Source: Candidatus Nanosynbacter lyticus
Lineage (GTDB): Bacteria; Patescibacteriota; Saccharimonadia; Saccharimonadales; Saccharimonadaceae
DNA length: 32,000 nt
NCBI RefSeq assembly: GCF_000803625.1
Contig: NZ_CP007496.1
Span: 30,001-62,000, forward strand
Direction: 5' to 3'
A program made the position numbers and the translations under genes. Below, piece by piece: positions 9,604 to 16,236 of the stretch. The notes below the pieces were generated by a model. It searched no databases. It had not been told where the DNA came from and saw only the letters and a program-made list of their open reading frames with translations. Position 1 is the stretch's first letter; the number at the start of each line of letters is the position of its first letter.

Positions 9604-9628
9604 TAGTGTTGTACGCTATATGTATAGC
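9581..9628 (+). promoter_or_regulatory. pair of NrdR-box-like sites upstream of nrdA
   Basis: ACACTAGATATAGCGG (9581-9596, 13/16 to ACACTATATATAGTGT) and ACGCTATATGTATAGC (9613-9628, 11/16); starts 32 bp apart. Confidence 0.6.
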
Positions 9629-9722
9629 GAGCCCATAAATAAACAAAAACACAAGCTATTAAGATGGGCTACCAGATGAGGTGCTGGTGGTCTGTTTTGG
9701 CGGGGTAAATTAAGGAGGGTAT

Positions 9723-12125
9723 GTGAAAGAAATTAACGTGATTAAGCGTGATGGCACAAAAGAGCCATTTGATGCTAATAAAATTAACACAGCTATTTTG
9801 AAAGCCTGTGATGGCTTGCCGGATCAAATTTCTAAAGTTGTTCAGGTGGCAACCGAATTGCAATTGACCTTATTTGACGGGATTACCACTGAACAGTTAG
9901 ATGAGGCAGTGATTCAGACGGTTTTACAGAATGTTAAGGATGATCCAGATTATGATAAGATTGCGGCACGTTTACTGCTTAAAACGGTCTATAAGCAGAT
10001 TCTAGGTGATTATGAAACAGCAGCAGAATTGAAGAAGCTTCACGCTCGTGAATTTCCTAAGTTTATTAAGGCTGCGGTTAAAGATGGACTGTTAGACAAG
10101 CGAATGGCAGATGGCCGGTTTGATTTGAAAAAGTTGGCAGCGGAACTTGATCCAGCAAGAGATGATTTAAGTAAATATTTGGGTGTGGTGACCAATAAAA
10201 ATCGTTATGCTCTTCGTAGGCAAAACGGTTCACCAATTGAAACGCCGCAATTCACTCATATGCGTATTGCTATGGGGCTTAGCTACAACGAGACTGATCC
10301 GACTGCTGCAGCGATTGAGTTTTATAATCACATGAGCAATCTGGAGTATGTTCCGGGCGGCTCAACGCGAGTTAATGCTGGCGGCTCCTTCCCGCAGCTC
10401 AGTAACTGTTTCTTGCTTAATGTTGACGACGATATGGAATCAATTGCTAAGGCGGTGCGTGACACGATGTGGATTGCCAAAGGTACTGGTGGTATTGGTA
10501 TTGGTTTTACAAAGCTACGTGCAGCGGGCAGTCCAGTTAAAACCACCAACACCGAATCAACCGGTCCGATTCCGTTTATGAAGATGATTGATACGGCGCT
10601 GTTTGCAGTTTCTCGTAAAGGTAAGAAAGCCGGTGCGGCTGCGATTTACATAGAGAACTGGCATTTGAATTTTGACCAATTTGTCGATCTTCGCCAAAAC
10701 TCTGGCGACCCGTATCTAAGAACCAGGTTTGCTAATACGGCAGTCTTTATCTCTGATGAATTTATGAAGAGAGTAGAGAAAGACCAAGATTGGTATTTGT
10801 TTGACCCTGCGGAAACTCCAGACTTGACGGAATTATATGGTGAAGATTTCTCGGCACGATATAAAGAATATGTAAAGATGGCAGAAGATGGGAAATTGCG
10901 TACGTTCGATAAGGTATCGGCTCGTCAGCAATTTAAGCGTATTTTGACCAGCCTACAAGCAACATCGCATCCGTGGTTGACTTGGAAAGATACAATTAAC
11001 GTGCGGGCGCTGAATAATAATACCGGTACAATTCATCTCAGTAACTTGTGTACGGAGATTACCTTGCCGCAGGATAAAAACAATATTGCAACCTGTAATT
11101 TGGTGAGTATCAATTTATCGGCATTTCTGAGCGAGGATAAAACTTGGGACTGGGATCGATTGAAAGAAGCGGCTCGTGCGGCGGTGCGACAATTGGACAA
11201 TTTGTGTGATATTACTCAAACTCCAATTCCAGAAGCAATGCACTCTAATCAGCAGACGCGAGCAATTGGTTTGGGTATGATGGGATTTTCTGACGTGCTG
11301 GAAAAATTGGGCTATTGCTATGAATCAAAAGAGGCTTACGATTTAATTGATCAATTGACGGAATTTATTAGCTATCATGCCATTGATCAGTCAGCTGATT
11401 TGGCGGCGGAGTTGGGTAGTTATCCAACATTTACCGGCAGTGGCTGGAGTAAGGGATTGTTGCCGATTGATACGGTTGATAAGTTATCTAAAGATCGCGG
11501 CGTGAAGGTGAAAATAGACCAAAAGACACGACTGGACTGGGATAGCTTGCGAAAGAAGGTGAAGAAGGGAATGCGAAATGCGACTATTATGGCAATTGCG
11601 CCAACGGCTAATATTGGGCATGTGGCGGGAACGACTCCTGGAATTGATCCGCAATTTGCACAGATTTTCAGTCGTTCGACTTTGAACGGTAAGTTTCTGG
11701 AAGTGAACCATAATTTAGTTCGCGATTTGAAGAAGCTTGGTCTGTGGGACAATTTGAAGGATGAGATTTTTGCGGCGCAGGGCGATATTCAAGATATTGA
11801 TGGTATTCCGCAAAACATCAAGGATGTCTATAAAACAAGTTTCCAGCTTAGTCCGTACGCGTTTATTGAGGTGGCGGCTAGGGCTCAGAAGTGGGTCGAT
11901 CAAGCGATTTCTCGAAATATGTACCTGGAGACGCGAGACATTGATGAATATGTGAAGATTTATTCGGAAGCGTGGAAGCGTGGCTTGAAAACGACATATT
12001 ATCTGCACGTTAAGCCGCGTCACCAGTCGGAGCAGACAACAGTTTCAGTTGATAAAATTGCAGAACAAAAAGTCCGCACAAATAGTAAAGTGCGCGGATT
12101 TGGATTTGCGAAAATTAATAAATAA
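9723..12125 (+). CDS. nrdA: class I ribonucleoside-diphosphate reductase, alpha subunit, N-terminal ATP-cone
   Basis: ATP-cone VIKRDGTKEPFDANKI; LSNCFLLNVDDDMESI, LSNLCTEITLP, NIATCNLVSINL, SNQQTRAIGLGMMGFSDVLEKLGYCYES, GLKTTYYLH. GTG start after TAAGGAGGG; the ATG at 9721 is immediately followed by TGA. Confidence 0.93.
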   Translation: MKEINVIKRDGTKEPFDANKINTAILKACDGLPDQISKVVQVATELQLTLFDGITTEQLDEAVIQTVLQNVKDDPDYDKIAARLLLKTVYKQILGDYETAAELKKLHAREFPKFIKAAVKDGLLDKRMADGRFDLKKLAAELDPARDDLSKYLGVVTNKNRYALRRQNGSPIETPQFTHMRIAMGLSYNETDPTAAAIEFYNHMSNLEYVPGGSTRVNAGGSFPQLSNCFLLNVDDDMESIAKAVRDTMWIAKGTGGIGIGFTKLRAAGSPVKTTNTESTGPIPFMKMIDTALFAVSRKGKKAGAAAIYIENWHLNFDQFVDLRQNSGDPYLRTRFANTAVFISDEFMKRVEKDQDWYLFDPAETPDLTELYGEDFSARYKEYVKMAEDGKLRTFDKVSARQQFKRILTSLQATSHPWLTWKDTINVRALNNNTGTIHLSNLCTEITLPQDKNNIATCNLVSINLSAFLSEDKTWDWDRLKEAARAAVRQLDNLCDITQTPIPEAMHSNQQTRAIGLGMMGFSDVLEKLGYCYESKEAYDLIDQLTEFISYHAIDQSADLAAELGSYPTFTGSGWSKGLLPIDTVDKLSKDRGVKVKIDQKTRLDWDSLRKKVKKGMRNATIMAIAPTANIGHVAGTTPGIDPQFAQIFSRSTLNGKFLEVNHNLVRDLKKLGLWDNLKDEIFAAQGDIQDIDGIPQNIKDVYKTSFQLSPYAFIEVAARAQKWVDQAISRNMYLETRDIDEYVKIYSEAWKRGLKTTYYLHVKPRHQSEQTTVSVDKIAEQKVRTNSKVRGFGFAKINK

Positions 12126-12138
12126 GGAGGAAATTAAG

Positions 12139-13116
12139 ATGGGAATTTTAGGTTCAGGTCTGCGTGACGGTTTGTCACTTCACCCAATTCGTTACCCTTG
12201 GGCATATGATCTTTATAATCAAGCAGTGGCTAACACGTGGTTTCCAAATGAAGTTCAATTAGTTCAAGATTTGGCAGATTTTGAAAAATTGTCAGATGAT
12301 GAAAAGCACGCATTGAAAACAGTTATTAGTTATTTGAACCCAAACGAGTTATTGATCAATAAATCGTTAGCGTTCGGTATTTATCCATATGTGAACGCGG
12401 CGGAAGCTCAACTATACTTGTCAAAACAGATGTGGGAAGAAGCTAATCACTTCATGACGTTTGAATACATTATTGAGACATTTCCGTTTGATCGCGAGGA
12501 GATTTACGCTGCGGGCTTTGGTAAAAAATCATTGGCAGATAAGGCTGACTTCCAGAATAAGCATTTGGATGTGATGCTTGATCCGAATTTGGATATTTAT
12601 TCGCTGGAAGGTAAGAAGGACTTTGTTCGTTCATTGGTGGCATATAACATTGTGCTGGAGGGAATTTGGTTCTATTCGGGCTTTATGGTTGGCATGAGTT
12701 TCCGTCAGCGTAATTTGTTGCGCAATGTTGGCTCACTACTGGACTGGATTACTCGCGATGAAAATCTTCATTTGACGTTTGGTATCAATTTGCTTTTGAC
12801 GATTTTGGACGAGAATCCAGAATTGCAAACACAGGAATTTGCAGAAGAAATCCGTGGCTTGATTTTGCAGGCGGTAGAGCTTGAAAAAGCTTATAACAAA
12901 GATATGCTACCAAAGGGCATTTTGGGCTTGAACGCTGATTATGTCAATCAATATGTCATGCATATGACGGACCGTCGTTTGCAAGAATTGGGCTTTGAGC
13001 CAGAGTATAATGTGCCAAATCCAGCTAAATGGATGGCGGCCGCTAATGACACGTTGGAATTGGTAAACTTCTTTGAGAGTACAAATACTAGCTATGAAGT
13101 TAATACCACGAAGTAA
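12139..13116 (+). CDS. nrdB: ribonucleoside-diphosphate reductase, beta subunit (class Ic-like, see findings)
   Basis: Ferritin-like R2 fold ligand motifs: NELL (E70), EEANH (E101, H104), VLEGIWFY (E174), RDENLHLTFG (E208, H211). Start at ATG 12139 after AAGGAGG. Confidence 0.93.
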   Translation: MGILGSGLRDGLSLHPIRYPWAYDLYNQAVANTWFPNEVQLVQDLADFEKLSDDEKHALKTVISYLNPNELLINKSLAFGIYPYVNAAEAQLYLSKQMWEEANHFMTFEYIIETFPFDREEIYAAGFGKKSLADKADFQNKHLDVMLDPNLDIYSLEGKKDFVRSLVAYNIVLEGIWFYSGFMVGMSFRQRNLLRNVGSLLDWITRDENLHLTFGINLLLTILDENPELQTQEFAEEIRGLILQAVELEKAYNKDMLPKGILGLNADYVNQYVMHMTDRRLQELGFEPEYNVPNPAKWMAAANDTLELVNFFESTNTSYEVNTTK

Positions 13117-13131
13117 TAAGGATGTAATTTT

Positions 13132-13527
13132 ATGAACGAACTGGCAAAAGAAATATTAGATACTGTTGAAGTTGGCGCCCTGGCTACTGTTAATGCTGAT
13201 AGGACACCACTGGTGACGCCAATACATTTTGCACGACTGGACGATTCAATAATTTGGATATCAGAACCGACTGCGCGACATTCAGTAAACGCATTTCGCA
13301 GCGGCAAGGCAGAATTTGTGGTTTGGGATGATCAAAAGCGGGCAGTTTTCTTAAAAACTAATGTAACTGAATTGTCAGAATCTGAAAAAGAAGCGGCTAT
13401 GGCGGCCTATAAGAAGAAATTGCCTAGCTTTATGCCACGCTGTCAGAATCCGCAATTATATATTGCACCAATCGGTAAACTTGATGAAAAAACCACAACA
13501 GGAAGTTGGCTACACTTTATTGCATAA
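13132..13527 (+). CDS. pyridoxamine 5'-phosphate oxidase-fold family protein (flavin-binding split barrel)
   Basis: LAKEILDTVEVGALATVNADRTPLVTPIHFARLDDSIIWISEPTARHSVNAFRSGKAEFVVWDD pattern of small PPOX proteins. Confidence 0.7.
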   Translation: MNELAKEILDTVEVGALATVNADRTPLVTPIHFARLDDSIIWISEPTARHSVNAFRSGKAEFVVWDDQKRAVFLKTNVTELSESEKEAAMAAYKKKLPSFMPRCQNPQLYIAPIGKLDEKTTTGSWLHFIA

Positions 13528-13548
13528 GCGCTATATCTAGCGTACAAT
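13520..13548 (+). promoter_or_regulatory. putative promoter of the CDGC small ORF
   Basis: -35 TTGCAT (13520-13525), 17-bp spacer, -10 TACAAT (13543-13548); overlaps the PPOX stop codon. Confidence 0.55.
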
Positions 13549-13575
13549 TAGTTAAGTAACTACTAAATATAGGGG
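13528..13575 (+). promoter_or_regulatory. second pair of NrdR-box-like sites
   Basis: GCGCTATATCTAGCGT (13528-13543, 12/16) and CTACTAAATATAGGGG (13560-13575, 11/16); starts 32 bp apart, as upstream of nrdA. Confidence 0.5.
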
Positions 13576-13578
13576 AAA

Positions 13579-13758
13579 ATGAAAATGAACGCAAGTCAAA
13601 TTATTACTGATGATATGACATTGGAAGAAAAATTGAGCGCTATTGATGCTGCCTTGAAAGCTGCTCAAGATGTGGCCGATGATCAAGCAAAGGCAAATGG
13701 TACTGTTGCTGCGCCAATTGATCCGGCAAGTTTGACTATCTGCGACGGTTGCGAATAA
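13579..13758 (+). CDS. small protein (59 aa) with C-terminal CxxC: MKMNASQIITDDMTLEEKLSAIDAALKAAQDVADDQAKANGTVAAPIDPASLTICDGCE
   Basis: Read directly from sequence (not in the supplied ORF track). ATG after AGGGG, own promoter-like element, clean stop at 13756-13758. Confidence 0.65.
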   Translation: MKMNASQIITDDMTLEEKLSAIDAALKAAQDVADDQAKANGTVAAPIDPASLTICDGCE

Positions 13759-13779
13759 GAAACTCTCGGAAGCTTTTCA

Positions 13780-13808
13780 TTGACAAATTAAAAATAATGT
13801 GATATCAT
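13780..13808 (+). promoter_or_regulatory. sigma70-type promoter
   Basis: -35 TTGACA (13780-13785), exactly 17-bp spacer, -10 TATCAT (13803-13808). Confidence 0.75.
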
Positions 13809-13843
13809 TTTACTATATAAAAATTAAAACAAAAAGGAATAAA

Positions 13844-14002
13844 ATGGCTGAAGAAAAAGACGTTCATGGGCTCACGGAAAGTGTATTAAGTCGAGATGAT
13901 ATGTCAGCGCTAGCATATGTATTGCAACATGTGAAAGGCGCCAGTCCAAGTTCGGTGACGAAGCTGAGTTTGGAGTTGGAAGAACTTGACGAAGCGGTGT
14001 AA
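13844..14002 (+). CDS. small protein (52 aa): MAEEKDVHGLTESVLSRDDMSALAYVLQHVKGASPSSVTKLSLELEELDEAV
   Basis: ATG after AAAAAGGAATAAA, immediately downstream of a near-consensus promoter. Confidence 0.6.
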   Translation: MAEEKDVHGLTESVLSRDDMSALAYVLQHVKGASPSSVTKLSLELEELDEAV

Positions 14003-14052
14003 GTAGTTACTTTAGCTAGATAATAAACCACCTCTGTTGTATACTGTAGGTT

Positions 14053-15684
14053 ATGGAACAGATTATTTATCAGGCGGTGAAGCAACTTTTTGATCAAGAA
14101 GTATCAGTGCAGTTGACGCGTCCTGATCCAAAGTTTGGTGACTTTGCGACGAATGTGGCGCTGCAGCTAGCGAAGCCGCTGGGTAAGAATCCGCGCGAGA
14201 TTGCCGAGGCAATCGCGGAAGAGTTGCGCGGTCATGAGGAACTGGGCGAGGTGAGCGTGGCTGGACCAGGCTTTATCAACGTGACGTTAAGCGATCAAGC
14301 GGTGCTTGAGTTATTGAAAGTGCGACCGGCCACCAATCGCTCAGGGCAAACAGTGGTCATTGAAACCAATTGCCCAAATCCGTTTAAGGCCATGCATATT
14401 GGTCACGCTTTGAATGCGATTTTGGCGGACACGATGGCGAATTTGCTAGCGGTGGATGGTGCGTCAGTACACCGAGTGAGTTACCACGGCGACGTCGGCA
14501 CACATGTCGGCAAGAGCATGTGGGCGATTCTTCGCGAAATTGACGGTGATGTCAGCAAACTAGATGCCATTCCGGCCGACAAGCGCAACGAGTTTATGAG
14601 CCGTATGTATGTTGAAGGGGCGCGGGCAGCTAAGGAATCGCCAGAGGTGCGGGCAGAAATTGATGAGCTAGCCAAGCAATCGTTTGTGCTGGACGACCCG
14701 CTGTACAAGCAAGTGTATGAGATTTGTAAAGCCTGGAGTTTTGATGAAATTGATACCAATGTGGCACGGCTGGGTAATGTGCCGATTGAGCGGCGCTACG
14801 TTGAGAGCGAAACCGAAGTGCCAGGCAAGGCCTTGATTAAAGCAAAAACCCCAGAGGTCTTTACGAAGTCTGATGGTGCGTATATCTTCAAAGGCAGCCA
14901 ATACGGTACGTTTGATAATGTGTTCATCGGTTCGCACGGCAACGGACTATACGGCGCGCACGATATGGGGCTGATTCAGTTGAAACATCAAGATTATCCA
15001 AATCTGGACCTATCGATTACGGTCAACGGCGAAGAGCAGGCGGCGTATTTCCGTGGGGTGATCGCGGCTAGTGAATTGGCGATTCCAGAATTGAAAGGTA
15101 AATTGTTTAATTATGTGACTGGCCTGGTTAAATTGACAACTGGAAAAATGAGCTCGCGAACGGGTGAGGTTGTTACAATTGGCTGGCTGTTTGACGAGTT
15201 TAAGAAGGCAATTGAAAATGCTGGTGGTGAACCAACTGACGACGTGATTGCTGGCGCGCTTCGTTATCAATTCTTGAAGGTGAAGATCGGTGGCGACGTC
15301 ATATTTGATATAAATGAAGCTGTAAGCCTGACGGGTAACACCGGTAGCTATCTGCAATACGCACACGCTCGGGCGCGCGGGATTTTGGCAAAGTCTGAAC
15401 AAGCAGCCACGTTCCCGACAGAATTGTTCGACGAAGACCGGCTGTTAGTCAGGAAATTGAGTGAATATACGGAGGCGGTTAACCGTGCCACCGAGAGCTT
15501 GGAGCCGCATCATATCTGTGCCTACCTGTTTGAGTTGGCACAGGAGTTCAATCGTTACTACGAGAAAAATCAAGTTGTCGGCAGCGATAAAGAAGTGCAT
15601 CGTGTCGGTCTGGTGGCGGTGTATGCTGATATTTTGAAGGCGGGATTAACCGTTTTGGGTATTGTAGCACCAGAGAGATTGTAA
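14053..15684 (+). CDS. argS: arginyl-tRNA synthetase
   Basis: HIGH-type motif PNPFKAMHIGHALNAILAD, DPKFGDFATNVALQLAKPLGKNPREIAE, KMSSRTGEVV, C-terminal anticodon-binding domain ELAQEFNRYYEKNQV...VLKAGLTVLGIVAPERL. Confidence 0.93.
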   Translation: MEQIIYQAVKQLFDQEVSVQLTRPDPKFGDFATNVALQLAKPLGKNPREIAEAIAEELRGHEELGEVSVAGPGFINVTLSDQAVLELLKVRPATNRSGQTVVIETNCPNPFKAMHIGHALNAILADTMANLLAVDGASVHRVSYHGDVGTHVGKSMWAILREIDGDVSKLDAIPADKRNEFMSRMYVEGARAAKESPEVRAEIDELAKQSFVLDDPLYKQVYEICKAWSFDEIDTNVARLGNVPIERRYVESETEVPGKALIKAKTPEVFTKSDGAYIFKGSQYGTFDNVFIGSHGNGLYGAHDMGLIQLKHQDYPNLDLSITVNGEEQAAYFRGVIAASELAIPELKGKLFNYVTGLVKLTTGKMSSRTGEVVTIGWLFDEFKKAIENAGGEPTDDVIAGALRYQFLKVKIGGDVIFDINEAVSLTGNTGSYLQYAHARARGILAKSEQAATFPTELFDEDRLLVRKLSEYTEAVNRATESLEPHHICAYLFELAQEFNRYYEKNQVVGSDKEVHRVGLVAVYADILKAGLTVLGIVAPERL

Positions 15685-15738
15685 CCATCCCGTAATAGTA
15701 TGGTACAATCAAGGCGTTACTTAATGTAAAGGAGCTAT

Positions 15739-16173
15739 ATGGCAGAGAAAAAAGTAGCCAAGAAAGTGGCAGTCAAAAAAACTACAACCAAAAAGTCAAT
15801 CATTAAAAAACCAAGCGTAGCAGTGTTGAAAGAAAAAGTAGGCGCGGTAAAAAGCCATGGTGGTGGCTTTATGATGTTTATTCGCGAGCAGGGTGTCGTT
15901 GGCCTGGCTGTCGGTTTGGCGATTGGTACTGCGGCTGGTGATACAGTCAAGAAATTGGTCACAGCGTTCATCGACCCACTTGTGCAGTTAATCGTTGGAT
16001 CACAACAGGGTCTCCAGGCAGCATCTTTTACTGTTGAATTTGCTGGACGTCGGGGTGAATTTTTGTACGGAGCATTTATCAGCTCATTGATCACCTTGTT
16101 GGCAGTTGCCTTTGTGGTCTATGCAATTGTTCACTTTTTGAAACTTGATAAATTAGACAAGAAAAAAGACTAA
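15739..16173 (+). CDS. mscL: large-conductance mechanosensitive channel (MscL family) with Lys-rich N-terminal extension
   Basis: FMMFIREQGVVGLAVGLAIGTAAGDTVKKLVTAFIDPLVQLIVG followed by a second TM helix GAFISSLITLLAVAFVVYAIVHF. Confidence 0.8.
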   Translation: MAEKKVAKKVAVKKTTTKKSIIKKPSVAVLKEKVGAVKSHGGGFMMFIREQGVVGLAVGLAIGTAAGDTVKKLVTAFIDPLVQLIVGSQQGLQAASFTVEFAGRRGEFLYGAFISSLITLLAVAFVVYAIVHFLKLDKLDKKKD

Positions 16174-16236
16174 AACGCTTACGTTTGCTATTTTACACTC
16201 TCCTATCTACAATGTGAGTATAAAGGAGAGTGTAGC

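Noticed and set aside
9497-9863. Short ORFs 9497-9679 (+) and 9669-9863 (-) around the nrdA promoter
   Set aside because: No recognisable protein character. They overlap the promoter/NrdR-like boxes or the start of nrdA.
12049-12138. Upstream extension of nrdB overlapping the end of nrdA
   Set aside because: Out-of-frame reading of the nrdA 3' end. A clear AAGGAGG precedes ATG 12139. I also considered whether the Cys in this frame could supply the missing NrdA tail by frameshifting, but saw no slippery signal to support it.
13579-13758. CDGC small ORF as a RiPP precursor
   Set aside because: No radical SAM, cyclodehydratase, lanthionine synthetase or dedicated exporter nearby. The PPOX-fold neighbour alone is not enough, and a link to RNR explains the context better.
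13805-13825. CTATATA motif downstream of the second small-ORF promoter as a third NrdR-like site
   Set aside because: Only about 7/10 to the core, and no partner at 32 bp; consistent with generic AT-rich sequence.
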